The notes under the pieces: model-generated
Database searches by the model: none
The model's input: only the letters and a program-made list of their open reading frames with translations
Told to the model about the DNA's origin: nothing
Part shown: positions 1-11,644 of the stretch, piece after piece
How the letters are laid out: every line of letters begins with the position of its first letter
Position numbering within the stretch: the stretch's first letter is position 1
Translations under genes and position numbers: made by a program
NCBI GenBank assembly: GCA_024398055.1
Contig: CP073749.1
Span: 1,238,594-1,302,593, forward strand
Direction: 5' to 3'
Source: a bacterium SCSIO 12741
GTDB lineage: Bacteria > Bacteroidota > Bacteroidia > Flavobacteriales_G > Salibacteraceae
Length of the DNA stretch: 64,000 nucleotides

Positions 1-150
1 ATAGAAAAGAGACAGGGCATGAAAATCTCCTGTATCGAAGAAATTGCCTGGCGAATGGGCTACATCGATGACGATCAATTCCGCGAAGTGGCGCAACCGC
101 TCATCAAGAGTGGTTACGGTCAGTATTTGTTGGAATTGATGAATAAGTAA
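1..150 (+). CDS. rfbA: glucose-1-phosphate thymidylyltransferase, C-terminal end (5' partial)
   Basis: In-frame translation ...IEEIAWRMGYIDDDQFREVAQPLIKSGYGQYLLELMNK* matches the conserved RmlA C-terminus (EEIAxRxGxID...GYGxYLL); the gene starts upstream of the window. Confidence 0.6.
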   Translation: MEKRQGMKISCIEEIAWRMGYIDDDQFREVAQPLIKSGYGQYLLELMNK

Positions 151-157
151 ATTCTAC

Positions 158-1134
158 ATGCACACCATAGAAGAACTCCGTTCGCGGTTTGAAGCAGCTT
201 TGGAATTAACCGAATTCCGCAACAAGCCAAGCGAACTCTATGAACCCATTCAATACGCTCTACAGGGCGGAGGAAAGCGAGTAAGGCCGGTATGCTTACT
301 GGCGGCTTGCGAAATGTTTGGGGGACAAGCCTTTGATGCCGTAAACCAGGCATTGGCAGTGGAAATATTCCACAACTTCACCTTGCTCCACGATGACATT
401 ATGGATGAGGCCCCTTACGCAGAGGACGCGAAACGGTGCACATCAAGTACAACACCAATGTGGGTATTCTTTCAGGCGATGCCATGATGATTATCGCGTA
501 TCAGTATTTGAAGAAAAACGCTGAGGACAAGGCTTACGAATTGCTTTCCTTCTTCAACAAAACGGCTATCGAAGTATGTGAAGGGCAGCAAATGGATATG
601 AATTTTGAAGATCCAAATGCGGAAGTAGGCCTGGAACAATACCTGGACATGATTGCGAAGAAAACCGCAGTATTGTTAGGCGAGTCTTTGCGACTGGGTG
701 CAAAAATGGCGGGAGCTGATGAAACCAATTGCCAGCTGATCTATGAATTTGGAAAGAACTTCGGTATCGCTTTTCAGCTTCAGGATGACCTTTTGGATTT
801 GTATGGTGATCCCGAAAAATTCGGCAAGCAAATTGGCGGAGACATTCTAGCTGGAAAGAAGACTTTCCTGTACCTAAAAGCGCTGGAAGTAGCCAGTAAA
901 GAAGAGGCCGATCAATTGAAGCACTGGTATTACAACGAGCAATCTTCAGCGGATGAAAAGATTGAGGCGGTCAAAGCCTTGTTTGACAAACTGGACGTCA
1001 AAGGTCTTACTACTGCTGAGATGAATCGCTTCTACTTGAAATCAGGAATGGCCCTTCACTCCATTACGGTGGAAGACGACCGAAAGAAAATCCTGAAAGA
1101 GTACGCTGAGAGCTTGATGGTAAGAGAGATTTAA
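158..1134 (+). CDS. polyprenyl (geranyl/farnesyl/geranylgeranyl) diphosphate synthase, reading frame broken by a 1-bp homopolymer deletion near 411-414
   Basis: ORF 158-487 carries GGKRVRP and the first Asp-rich motif LLHDDIMD. ORF 436-1134 continues in another frame with RRGRETVHIKYN and the second motif FQLQDDLLD. The frames rejoin if one C is added to the cccc run at 411-414. Confidence 0.8.
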
Positions 1135-2492
1135 AGATCTTCCCACTTCTTGCGAATGCCAGGTTGAAAAAGGATCATGAGCAAAGCGAGGTAAGGCAAC
1201 AACCAAACGATTCGCGCCATGTATCGATTTACGGTGGTTCCAAAGAGGTCCACAATTAAGGCATTCCCCAGAATTCCCAGGATGATGAGTAGCAAGGCTA
1301 ATCTGAAATAGACTGGCCAGGTTTTCCAGGATCGAATCGAGAAGAAAAGCAGGGCAGCTAAAGACAGCATAACCACTATCCATTGAATGGTGCTTACGGC
1401 ATCGAAGGTGAGCGCAGCTTCATACTGTCGTGCCGCTTGATAGGCAGGCAATTCCCGATTGATTCGGTTTTCAATGGCATAAACCACCGAGCTACCTTCC
1501 CGCTCCGAATTCAAGTGTCCGATTTCAAAATCACCCAATTGGCGGAAAAACTCCAGACCATAATAAGAAATGAGCCTGGCTCGGTATCTCTCATCGGTGA
1601 AAAGATCCCCCACTATGACTCCAAGCTCATCGTTGCGCACCTTCCAGCAATTGCTCCACCCCCCATTACTTATGCAAGTAGAATCATACAAAGGGCTTTC
1701 CAATACCCAGAGCATTTCATGGCAATGATTAGGCACATCATTTACCCGTTCGCATAGAAAATAGCCCTTCTCATCGCAGTTTTCCTTGAGGTAATCCTGC
1801 ATAATTCCACTGTCGAGCGTTCTTCCAAAAATGAATACGTTACCGGCTGGAGACAACCTCCAATGCCCCGAATAACTCCATTGAATAAACATGAGCAAGA
1901 CTAGGGGAAGGATCGCTAATGTGGAAGACTTGAGCAGAGACTTCAGCGGTAGCTGACGAAAAACAACCAAAAGGGCGACTACAAGAGTTAGCCCTATGGC
2001 CAAAGCCGCAAAAGCCATGTGTGTGCTAAACAAGTATGCCGTAAAAAGGAAAACCAGGTAGTCGTACCATTTAAACTCCTTCTTCAAAACCAGGGCAACA
2101 AATCCAAGCAAAGCCAAACCTTCTAAAAGATCGGCCATGATTTGCGAGGTAAAATTGGACAAACCTGTGAGCAAAGCCAATGGGATCAGCAATACCGAAG
2201 ACAGCAGATAGGGGCGTTTGAACCAGGTTGAAAGAAAGTAACCCGAATAAAACCAAACCATAACGGCCTGAACAATGATGACAAACCAGAGGGAATGCTC
2301 CATACTAATGTGCCGCACCAAATAGGAATAGGTCACCGGGCGATCAACCGGCAAAACATGCTTAAACCCTGAATTGATGTAGGTTCCGGAATCGGAATAA
2401 ACCAAGGGGTAACCATTGTACAAGGCCGGCCATAGTAAAGCCAAAACGGTCGCTACCAATAAAGCAAGGGCAATCCAGTGTTTTCGATTCAT
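1131..2492 (-). CDS. polytopic integral membrane protein, function unknown (possibly GT-C-like glycosyltransferase)
   Basis: 453-aa ORF with more than 10 hydrophobic segments and an N-terminal WPALYNGYPLVYSDSGTYI motif. No catalytic motif recognised. Confidence 0.55.
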   Translation of the reverse strand: MNRKHWIALALLVATVLALLWPALYNGYPLVYSDSGTYINSGFKHVLPVDRPVTYSYLVRHISMEHSLWFVIIVQAVMVWFYSGYFLSTWFKRPYLLSSVLLIPLALLTGLSNFTSQIMADLLEGLALLGFVALVLKKEFKWYDYLVFLFTAYLFSTHMAFAALAIGLTLVVALLVVFRQLPLKSLLKSSTLAILPLVLLMFIQWSYSGHWRLSPAGNVFIFGRTLDSGIMQDYLKENCDEKGYFLCERVNDVPNHCHEMLWVLESPLYDSTCISNGGWSNCWKVRNDELGVIVGDLFTDERYRARLISYYGLEFFRQLGDFEIGHLNSEREGSSVVYAIENRINRELPAYQAARQYEAALTFDAVSTIQWIVVMLSLAALLFFSIRSWKTWPVYFRLALLLIILGILGNALIVDLFGTTVNRYMARIVWLLPYLALLMILFQPGIRKKWEDL

Positions 2493-2527
2493 TGCGAAAT
2501 CGAAAGTAAGAAGTTTTGCGCCGTTTC

Positions 2528-3427
2528 TTAAAGTAAATCTCGCAAGGCCGAATGGAGATCTGGATATTGAAATTCAAAGCCCAGATTCCTGATTTTTTCG
2601 CTGGATACGGTAATTCCTCCCAGGAGCATTTCGCGGGCCATATCTCCAGCAGCCATTTTCAAAAGACCACCAGGAATAGCAGGAGCCCACATAGGACGAT
2701 TCACCACTTTGGCAATGGTCCGGATAAAATCCTTTTGAGTACGAGGTTCCGGGGATACGGCATTAAAGATTCCTGTTTGGTCATTCTGAACACAAAACAA
2801 AAACAGCTGACAGAGGTCTTCTAAATGAATCCAGGACATCACTTGACGTCCGTTGCCCATCGCTGAACCAACACCCCATTTCACGGGAAGTGCTAACTTG
2901 GGCAAAGCACCTTCCGGCCCCAGAACTACTCCAATTCGAATTCGGGTAACGGGTATACCTTGATCTTCCAAGGGCTTTGAAACACCCTCCCATTGACGGG
3001 CCAACTCACCCAAATAACCAGGACCAACCGGATCCTCTTCAGTATAGGAATGATTATCGGGTTCAAATCCGTAGTAGGCGATTCCCGAAGCAGTAATAAA
3101 CTGATCCAAGGAGATACCCAACTTAAGACTGGTCTTAACCAAAAGCTCCCCTGTTTTCAAACGCGATTCAGTCAGAATTTTTTTTCGGGACGCCGTCCAC
3201 AAGCCATCAGCCACGGGTGCCCCAGCCAGATGAATAACTTTAGAAACGCCCTCAAATGCTTTTTCATCAATTTCTCCGGTCGGGTAATTCCATCGGAATC
3301 CAGTAGCTCCCTGTGGAGCACTCCCCGATCGACTCAGGTTATTTACCTCGTAACCAGCTTTGAGAAGAAGAGCCGTCAAACGCCGTCCCACCATACCCGT
3401 TCCGCCTGAAATCAAAATCTTAGCCAT
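2528..3427 (-). CDS. NAD-dependent epimerase/dehydratase family protein (TIGR01777 / YfcH-like, SDR39U1)
   Basis: N-terminal Rossmann motif MAKILISGGTGMVG, and a C-terminal DUF1731-like tail GGITVSSEKIRNLGFEFQYPDL; 299 aa. Confidence 0.75.
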   Translation of the reverse strand: MAKILISGGTGMVGRRLTALLLKAGYEVNNLSRSGSAPQGATGFRWNYPTGEIDEKAFEGVSKVIHLAGAPVADGLWTASRKKILTESRLKTGELLVKTSLKLGISLDQFITASGIAYYGFEPDNHSYTEEDPVGPGYLGELARQWEGVSKPLEDQGIPVTRIRIGVVLGPEGALPKLALPVKWGVGSAMGNGRQVMSWIHLEDLCQLFLFCVQNDQTGIFNAVSPEPRTQKDFIRTIAKVVNRPMWAPAIPGGLLKMAAGDMAREMLLGGITVSSEKIRNLGFEFQYPDLHSALRDLL

Positions 3428-3547
3428 CGTATATTTACTATTTTCGTTGAACTACTTTTTAAAGGTATGAGACAATGCGCCCTTTCTAAAAGGAAATTAA
3501 CATCGCATTAAATATTTTGTTGAACAATCAAGATTGCAATCGGGTTT

Positions 3548-3913
3548 ATGAATGATGCCATCCCCGACATCAATGGTTACAAAAACCGGCTAATGGTCAT
3601 CCAAAAAGTGGCGGAGCAATTGGAAAAGGACTTGCAGTTAAACCAGTCAATTCCGCTTAGCGGGGATCCGGATAAAGCCTACCCTGAATTGGAGCAACAG
3701 GTTCAACCCTTGGTCAAAAACTGGCTGCAACAAGACTATTCCTGGCTGATGCATACCTTATATCGAATTGATGTTTCGGAAAAAAAGCTGGCCAGGGCTC
3801 GCATCGAATTCTCCGACATGCCGGAACACGAATTAATCACTCATCTCATTCTGGAACGTGAACTTCAAAAAGTAGTCCTTCGGATGTGGTACAGTAAAAC
3901 CTTAGATTCCTAA
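3548..3913 (+). CDS. hypothetical protein; stop overlaps the start of the downstream sensor kinase
   Basis: 121-aa ORF with no recognisable motif. Its stop overlaps the kinase start at 3913, suggesting translational coupling. Confidence 0.5.
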   Translation: MNDAIPDINGYKNRLMVIQKVAEQLEKDLQLNQSIPLSGDPDKAYPELEQQVQPLVKNWLQQDYSWLMHTLYRIDVSEKKLARARIEFSDMPEHELITHLILERELQKVVLRMWYSKTLDS

Positions 3914-6728
3914 TGAAAAACGGGTGGATCATATTCGGAATTCTGTTCCTCAGTCTATCGCTTAGTGCCCAGGAATTTCAAATGAGGCACTATGGTGTAA
4001 ACGAGGGACTGCCCGGATCTCAGGTATACGACATTCAACAGTCCCCTACCGGTGATATTTGGATCGCAACAGATCTTGGAGCTTGTCAATACAACGGCTA
4101 CTTGTTTAAGACTTACACAGCCGAAGATGGCTTAGCCGATAACTCCATCGTAAAGCTTGCCATCCAAGATTCTGGAGTGGTTTGGATGCTTGGATTTAAC
4201 CGGAAACTTTCGTGGGTCGGCGATTCTGCCCGAGCCTACCAAGGAAACGAATCACTACTCGAAAAGCTGGGAACGGATCAAATCACCTCCCTTGGGTTTA
4301 ATGCATCTAACAAGTTGTTGCTCGGAGTTCAGTCCGGCAGCCGAAGAGAGGGCTATTTTGTTTTGGCCGATCAAGAGGGCAACTGGAAACCTACGCCGGC
4401 TGCACCAGGCATCTCCTGGGATTCCGAATCGGGCGTTTTTGGCGGGTCTTTAAAAGATTCTCTGTTTGAACCCTTGCAGAAATCACCAACCATTGCTCTA
4501 CCTTCTTCCGGTCGGGAGATGATCCGAAAAGTGGAATTCGATTCGACTCGAAAATGCTGGTACATCTTAACCCGACATGAGCTTTGGCAATTGGGAATAA
4601 ACGGTGATCTACGAACCTTGGATCTCAAAAGCAGAACCACTGGTGCGTTGATTCAGGATGAATTTGGCAATCTATGGATTGGCTCCTATCATGGTCTCTT
4701 GGTTACTCATCCGGATCGATGGGGGAAGTTAATCGAATTTTGCCTCAGCATGCTGTTTCGGCCCTTTGCCAGGATCAGCGAAAAGGCATCTGGATCGGGA
4801 CCTATTCGGATGGGGTTTATCACCTGAAAAACCTTTATATGGTTCATTACCGATCCATTTCAGGTATTGAAGATCCCGACGTTAAGCGAATTCAAACCAC
4901 TGAGAAGGGGATTTACTTTTCAGATACCAGAAACGTGCTCTACGAATTGCAGTATGATCACTGGATATCGGGGCAAGCAAAACTCTTTTTGCAATCGGAG
5001 TCACCTATCAATGCTATCTACAAAGCTCAAGGCAAAGACTACCTGCTTTGCAACACGGTGAGCCAAAAGGAACCTTTTTCTTCTCCTATCAGTGGACTCT
5101 GTATTGCCCCAGGTAAGAAGCAAGGAGAGTATTGGGTGGGTAAAATCTACAGTTTTGCCTACTTCGAGGGAGACAAGGAGACTTTCAATTCTGCGGAAAT
5201 CGGTTTTCAGGAACGGGTCAACTGCCTTCACCATGATCCAAACACGCAAAAGTTGTGGTTGGGAACCTTGAGTGGTTTGTACACATTCGATGGGGATTCG
5301 GTAAAACTATTCCCGGGCACTCAAGACATACGAATTGATGAATTGCTTTGGTCCAACGGCCGCCTTCTTCTGGCTACCCAAGGCAAGGGAATAGGAATCG
5401 TCAAAGAGGATAATCTTGAGTTTGTCGGTAAGTCCGAAGGTCTGCCCACCTCATTTGTTCGCGACTTGTTGGCCTTCGAGGATCGACTGGTTGTAGCTAC
5501 CAATAAAGGCTTGGTCATTTGGAGGGATTCTGTGGAACGCATTCTGGACCTTTCCGATGGCCTCATGAGCAACGAGATAAATGGTTTGGCTCGATCAGGA
5601 AATAACCTATTCATTGGTACGAGAAAAGGATTAACCGTTCTGGATCTGGACTACCTCGACCTTCAACCGGACAACCTTACTATTGAGGCCAAAATCAATA
5701 CGGGAGAACAATGGAAAGGTCAAGCAGGAAGTCTTCGGCTACCCCCTTCCGAAAACAGCATCACTTTCCGCTTGCTTACTCGTGATTTCCGAATTGAAGA
5801 TGCGATTCTCTACCGTTATCGATTGGAGCCCGACACTTCCTGGAACTACAGCACGCAACAAGAAATTAGCTACTCGGCCCTGTCTTCCGGCAGCTACACC
5901 TTTGTAGCCTCGGCTCAAAATGAAGCCGGTGAATGGTCTCAGGAACCGGTGAGAATTCCATTTGTAGTGGAGCAACAATTTTGGAGACAATGGTGGTTTA
6001 TCGCCTTGATGCTCTTGGCTTTAGCAGCCATTGTACGTTTAATCATTAGGCGGCAGGTGAATAAAGTACGGAAGGAAAACTTCCTCCAAAACCAATTGAA
6101 CTCCTTAAAAATTAAAGCCCTGAGTGCTCAGATGAATCCGCACTTCATTTTCAATTCACTCAACTCCATCCAAAACTTCCTTATCGAAAATGACCTCAAA
6201 CGCTCCAATAAGTACCTCACCAAATTTGCTCGGTTAATGCGATTGGTGCTGAACAACTCAGACAAAACCTTCTCCCCATTTCGGGAGGTAATTCATTCTC
6301 TGGAACTGTACATGGAGCTTGAAAGAATTCGATTTAACGAGCAGTTTGATTTCGCCATTCAGATTCAACCCAATGTGGATGCCGATAGTCTAAAAATACC
6401 AGCCATGCTCATGCAACCCTTTGTAGAAAATGCTATCCTCCACGGCATTCTTCCTGGTCAGAAACAAGGACAAATCACCGTTTCCATTTCACGGGCCGGA
6501 GAACATGTTTTGAACTGCACCATAGAAGACAACGGAGTAGGTCGGGATTTTCACGCAGGCAGACAATCCAAAAAGTTTAAATCCCAAGGTCTGCGTATCA
6601 CCCGGGAGAGGCTCGAAGCCTTCCAGGCCATATTCGACGACCAGTTTCACTACGAAATCATCGATCTCAAAAATGAGTCCGGTGAACCGAGAGGTACGAG
6701 AGTTGAACTCTTAGTGCCCTGCCGTTAA
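3913..6728 (+). CDS. sensor histidine kinase: signal peptide, two-component-regulator propeller (Y_Y_Y) repeats, TM segment, LytS/YehU-type His_kinase and HATPase. Frame broken in the ggggg run at 4721-4725
   Basis: Propeller-style repeats (GDIWIATDLGA, GNLWIGSYHGL, KGIWIGTYSDGVYHL). The H-box LKIKALSAQMNPHFIFNSLNSIQ is typical of LytS-family kinases. ORFs 3913-4827 and 4674-6728 overlap and join as ...THPDRW(G)EVNRILPQHAV... with a 1-bp indel in the G5 run. Confidence 0.8.
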
Positions 6729-6790
6729 GCGATACTGGCATTAACCGCCTACTTATTCGTATTTTTGAAAGAGTTCCCAAAAACACATCT

Positions 6791-7546
6791 ATGTCGCAAT
6801 CTATTTCTACTGTAATTATTGATGATGAAGTCAATGCTGTAAACGTACTCTCAAAGTTTCTGGAAATGTATTGTCCGGAAATTGATGTACTGGCTACGGC
6901 CCACAATGTGGAAGATGGAATTGCAGCCATTGAAGCCAATCAACCGAAGTTGGTTTTTCTGGATATAGAGATGCCTCTGGGAAGCGGCTTTGACCTGTTG
7001 GAAAAAGTAGGCGATCGCAAGTTTCACGTGGTGTTTATCACGGCTTACGATCATTACGCGATTCAGGCCATTAAAAACGAAGCCATTGATTACGTCCTTA
7101 AGCCTATCGACATTGATGACTTGAAAACGGCAGTAGACAAGGTTAAAGCAAAATTGAGCCAGCCTCAGAATGTGAAGGAAGTTCTAAAACGTGTAGCCTT
7201 GGAAGAAAAAGCCAAGTTGGCGATTCCTACCTTGTATGGGCATAAGTTTTTGGATCCTGAGCACATTGTTCACATCAAAGCGGATGGAAGTTATTCTACG
7301 ATTTTTACCGATAATGAAGGCGAAATCATGGTCTCCAAAAATCTTAAGAGCATCGAGTCTGCCTTGAAACAAGACTATTTCCTACGGGTGCACCGATCGC
7401 ACATTGTGAATTTGGAAATGGTGAAGGAATACCACAAAAATGATGGTGGATATCTCATTCTAAACAATGGTGAAAGAGTGGAAATTGGAGCCTCGAACCG
7501 CCCGGCTATCATGGAAAAACTCAACGAACGCCTGAACTTCATTTAA
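6791..7546 (+). CDS. LytTR-family response regulator (REC + LytTR DNA-binding domain)
   Basis: N-terminal receiver (IIDDE...LVFLDIEMP), and a C-terminal LytTR domain (IVHIKADGSYSTIFT...FLRVHRSHIVNL). Confidence 0.85.
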   Translation: MSQSISTVIIDDEVNAVNVLSKFLEMYCPEIDVLATAHNVEDGIAAIEANQPKLVFLDIEMPLGSGFDLLEKVGDRKFHVVFITAYDHYAIQAIKNEAIDYVLKPIDIDDLKTAVDKVKAKLSQPQNVKEVLKRVALEEKAKLAIPTLYGHKFLDPEHIVHIKADGSYSTIFTDNEGEIMVSKNLKSIESALKQDYFLRVHRSHIVNLEMVKEYHKNDGGYLILNNGERVEIGASNRPAIMEKLNERLNFI

Positions 7547-7677
7547 CGGTTTTTTCGGTCCGTCAAGACCTCGTATCCTTTTTGGAAAATTCTTTTCGTT
7601 AACTTTGTTAGTACGGTTGCTTACCTGGTCAGCCTACCTAGTTAACTAAAATTGTCAATCTTAGCCTCGAAACCAAA

Positions 7678-8427
7678 ATGGATAAGATCAAAGCCTTGAT
7701 CATTGATGACGAGCCGAATGCAATCCAGGTAATTGTAAAACGACTCCAGAAGTATTTCCCTCAAGTTGAAGTAATAGCCACCAGCCAAAACTCGGAGGAA
7801 TTCCAGCACCTTACTCAAACCTATAAACCCGATTTACTTTTTACTGACATTGAAATGCCTGATCGAAACGGGCTCGAAATGTTAGAAACCCTCATTAACC
7901 CGAGTTTCGAAACCATCGTAGTAACGGCCTATGAGAAATACGCGGTAGAAGCCTTCAAAAAACAAGCGCTCGGCTACATTCTCAAGCCCGTGGATCGCGA
8001 CGATTTTATCAAAACTGTATCCCGTGCTTTGGATCGAATCGCCCGAAGTAAGCAGCTCAATCAAGTCATTCAATCGGGGGCCGCAGAAGAACCCGGAAAG
8101 TTTGCCATCCCTTACAACGGTTCCTTTCGAATTGTTGATTTAAAGAATGTGCTTTACCTCAAAGCTGAAGGAAGCTATTGTAAAATCGTAACTACCGAAA
8201 ACGAGTTTCTGATTTCCAAAAACCTCAAACATTTAACTGATACACTTCCAGAAAACAATTTTCTGCGAGTGAGTCGATCCTTTGTGGTCAACATGGCGTT
8301 CATCCGCAGCATTTGCAAAAAAGATGGTGGATTGGTAACCATGGAGAATGGTACCGAAATAACCATTGGACGGAAAATTCGCAGCGAGGTAATGGAACGC
8401 ATTACCGACCGGGTCAATTTTATTTAA
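7678..8427 (+). CDS. LytTR-family response regulator, paralog of the upstream one
   Basis: Receiver (LIIDDEPNA...LLFTDIEMPDRNG), and LytTR domain (VLYLKAEGSYCKIVT...FLRVSRSFVVNM). Confidence 0.85.
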   Translation: MDKIKALIIDDEPNAIQVIVKRLQKYFPQVEVIATSQNSEEFQHLTQTYKPDLLFTDIEMPDRNGLEMLETLINPSFETIVVTAYEKYAVEAFKKQALGYILKPVDRDDFIKTVSRALDRIARSKQLNQVIQSGAAEEPGKFAIPYNGSFRIVDLKNVLYLKAEGSYCKIVTTENEFLISKNLKHLTDTLPENNFLRVSRSFVVNMAFIRSICKKDGGLVTMENGTEITIGRKIRSEVMERITDRVNFI

Positions 8428-8918
8428 CGACGGGCCCGAAAGAAGGTCGTAAGAATATCAGCACATTCTTGTTCCATAATGCCTGAAACCACTTCGGTTT
8501 TTGGGTGAAGTACGCCCGCCCCTAATCGAGAAAATCCACGTTTGGAGTCCCCGGCCCCGTATACGATTTTACCCATGTGAGCCAGGTGGGTTGCTCCTCC
8601 ACACATCACGCAGGGTTCGAGCGTAACGTACAAAGTACACTCATTCAAATATTTTCCTCCCAGGAATTCGGCAGCTGATGTAATAGCCTGCATTTCAGCA
8701 TGTGCGGTCACGTCGGTTAGCCTTTCGGTAAGGTTATGGGCACGAGCAATAATGGTTCCTTTACAGACGATAACAGCTCCTACCGGAACCTCTTCCAGGT
8801 CTCGGGCTTTTTCAGCTTCTTGCAAAGCCTGTTTCATGAAATGCTCGTCTGACTGAACCGTGATCATACCGCTTGAAATTTGCTTCAAAAGTAGTGCAAA
8901 ATATTCCCTCGATTCCAT
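8424..8918 (-). CDS. tadA: tRNA-specific adenosine deaminase
   Basis: CMP/dCMP deaminase zinc motifs HAEMQAI and TLEPCVMCGGA, with VPVGAVIV upstream; 164 aa. Confidence 0.85.
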   Translation of the reverse strand: MESREYFALLLKQISSGMITVQSDEHFMKQALQEAEKARDLEEVPVGAVIVCKGTIIARAHNLTERLTDVTAHAEMQAITSAAEFLGGKYLNECTLYVTLEPCVMCGGATHLAHMGKIVYGAGDSKRGFSRLGAGVLHPKTEVVSGIMEQECADILTTFFRARR

Positions 8919-8971
8919 GCCCGTTTCCTTAGCTTATATCCGTAATTTCGCGCGAACAAATTGGAAGCATT

Positions 8972-10722
8972 ATGTATCGTACACACCACTGTGGAGAACT
9001 CCGTTTAAGCGATTCAGGAAAGGAAGTAACTGTATCCGGTTGGGTACAAAGAGCCCGTGATTTAGGGGGACTAACTTTCGTGGATCTCAGAGATCGTTAT
9101 GGCATCACTCAGCTTGCCTTCAACCTCGATTTGAATGAGGAATTGTGCAAACAAGCTCGATCCCTAGGACGTGAATTCGTAGTTCAGGCAAAAGGCACCG
9201 TGGTGGAACGGGAAAATAAAAACCCGAACATGGATACAGGAGATATTGAGATCCAGGTAACAGAACTTCGTGTTTTGAATGCCGCTCAAACACCTCCCTT
9301 TACCATCGAAGACGAGTCGGATGGCGGTGAAGAGCTTCGCATGCAATACCGATACCTCGATTTGAGAAGAAATCCTTTGCAAAAGAACCTTCGATTAAGA
9401 CATGAATTGTCTCTATCGGTTCGCAAGTTTTTGGACCGCCAGGGATTTATGGAAATCGAAACTCCGGTTTTGATTAAATCTACCCAGAAGGGGCTCGTGA
9501 TTTCATCGTTCCATCTCGTATGAACAGTGGTGAGTTTTACGCTTTGCCTCAATCTCCACAAACCTTTAAGCAGCTATTGATGGTTGGTGGCTATGACCGT
9601 TACTTCCAAATTGTTCGTTGTTTTAGAGATGAAGACCTTCGTGCTGATCGTCAGCCTGAGTTTACTCAAATAGACTGCGAAATGGCCTTTGTAGAACGAG
9701 AAGACATTCTGCAAACTTTTGAAGGGTTGGCGCGCTACCTTTTCCAGGAAGTAAAAGGAATCGACTTGGGTGACTTCCCCAGAATGAGCTATGACGATGC
9801 CATGAAATACTACGGCTCGGATAAGCCCGATGTTCGTTTTGGCATGCGCATCACTGATTTAAATGACCTGACACAAAACAAGGGCTTCAACGTTTTTGAT
9901 CAAGCCGAATTGGTAGCTGGAATTTGTGTTCCTGGCGTGGCCGATTACACCCGTAAGCAATTGGACAAACTCACGGATTGGGTAAAAAGACCTCAAATTG
10001 GTGCGAAGGGATTGGTTTACGTAAAATGCAACGAAGACGGATCATTCAAATCTTCTGTGGATAAATTCTACACGCAGGAAGACCTGGCAGAATGGGCCGC
10101 CCGATTGGAAGCCAAGCCTGGTGATCTTCTATTGGTTTTGTCAGGTCAGGAAGCTGGAACCCGCAAGCAATTGGGCGAACTCCGATTGGAAATGGGTAAC
10201 CGTACAGAATTGCGCGATCCTAATACTTACGCTCCTCTGTGGGTAGTGGACTTTCCATTGGTTGAATGGGATGAGGACAGCAAACGCTGGCACGCCATGC
10301 ACCATCCATTTACTTCTCCAAGACCAGAAGACCGCGATTTGATGGCGACCGAGCCTGGCAAGGTAAAAGCCAATGCCTACGATATGGTGATCAACGGTGT
10401 GGAATTAGGTGGTGGTTCTATTCGTATCCACGATAAGGATCTTCAGCAGGAAATGTTCAACGTGCTTGGATTTACCCCGGAAGAGGCTCAGGAGCAATTT
10501 GGCTTCTTGATGAATGCCTTCGAATATGGTGCGCCTCCTCACGGCGGTATCGCCTTCGGATTTGACCGTTTGTGTGCCATCTTCGGAGGAACAGATTCCA
10601 TTCGCGACTACATCGCCTTCCCGAAAAATAACTCCGGAAAAGACGTGATGATTGATGCACCATCCAAAATTGATGTAGCTCAATTGGATGAATTGAACCT
10701 GAGCCTGAATCTCGAAGAATAG
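8972..10722 (+). CDS. aspS: aspartate--tRNA ligase, reading frame broken by a 1-bp deletion in the ccc run near 9483-9485
   Basis: N-terminal anticodon-binding region [11 protein letters not shown]...[24 protein letters not shown]. Class II motifs [18 protein letters not shown] and GGGSIRIH...GFDRL. ORFs 8972-9523 and 9520-10722 join as [15 protein letters not shown] if one C is restored. Confidence 0.9.
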
Positions 10723-10808
10723 TTTTCGGCGCTTTGAGCAAAGCTTCCAAAATTTTCTTGATTGCAGCGAATCGAAAACTTTCTTTCGATTGGATTGTAT
10801 AATCTCAA

Positions 10809-11465
10809 ATGCCATCAAAAATGAGAACACTTCTTACTCTTCTGGTACTTATCCTTCCCACGAGCTTGTTGTGGGGTCAAAAGGATTTATTCGATAGCGG
10901 CCTTAACGTAGGATTCCACTATTATCATCCGGGAGAATATTTTGAGTTTTCTGATATGGAAGCCAAGCAGTATTTGGAAGAAAAGTTTTCTCGTCAAACC
11001 ATAGGTTTTGGTAGCCAATTTGGTCATTGGGTGTATTTTAACGATATCAACCTGGGAGAGAAATTCAGAATAGGCCTTGACATTGCTTATTTCCGTTTGA
11101 GCTTTCTCAGCGCTGATTATGAATTTGAGTCCGTTTATGACTTCGATGGAAGTCCTTATCGGGAAAGAGCTCAATTCCTCTTCTTAGGGACCGAAATTGG
11201 GCCGTTAGTTGCCTTTCAGGTGGCAGAAGATATGGGATTGAGTTTGGGCTGTCGTTTCGGGCCTCAAATTGCCATCGGGATCAACTCTCCCTTTGGCGGG
11301 TTGCTAACGGAACAAATTGGTCTGCGGTTTCGTGCTGTTCCAGCGTTCCGCTACCAATACAAAATGTTCTTTACCGGAGTTGACGCCAGCTTTGGAGAGT
11401 TAGGAAATACATCAACCGCCACCGGGTTTACCGCTTGGAGATTATCTTTGGGAATCAAGTTTTAA
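10809..11465 (+). CDS. putative outer-membrane beta-barrel protein (OmpW/porin-like), first of a tandem paralog pair
   Basis: Signal peptide, alternating amphipathic strands, and a C-terminal ...LSLGIKF ending in Phe as outer-membrane barrels do. About 35% identical to the next ORF. Confidence 0.55.
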   Translation: MPSKMRTLLTLLVLILPTSLLWGQKDLFDSGLNVGFHYYHPGEYFEFSDMEAKQYLEEKFSRQTIGFGSQFGHWVYFNDINLGEKFRIGLDIAYFRLSFLSADYEFESVYDFDGSPYRERAQFLFLGTEIGPLVAFQVAEDMGLSLGCRFGPQIAIGINSPFGGLLTEQIGLRFRAVPAFRYQYKMFFTGVDASFGELGNTSTATGFTAWRLSLGIKF

Positions 11466-11644
11466 AACAGCTCCTTACTAAATCACTTTCCTTCAATCCA
11501 TCACTTCCTTACTTAGGTGAAGTTAAATAATCCAACCCTGCTTCACGATCCTTAACGGACTCCTCTACGGTGGAAAGAAATCAATGGGCACGATAATTGA
11601 TCTAAATGGATTAATTCTACAACCCATGCAAACTAATCAGACTT

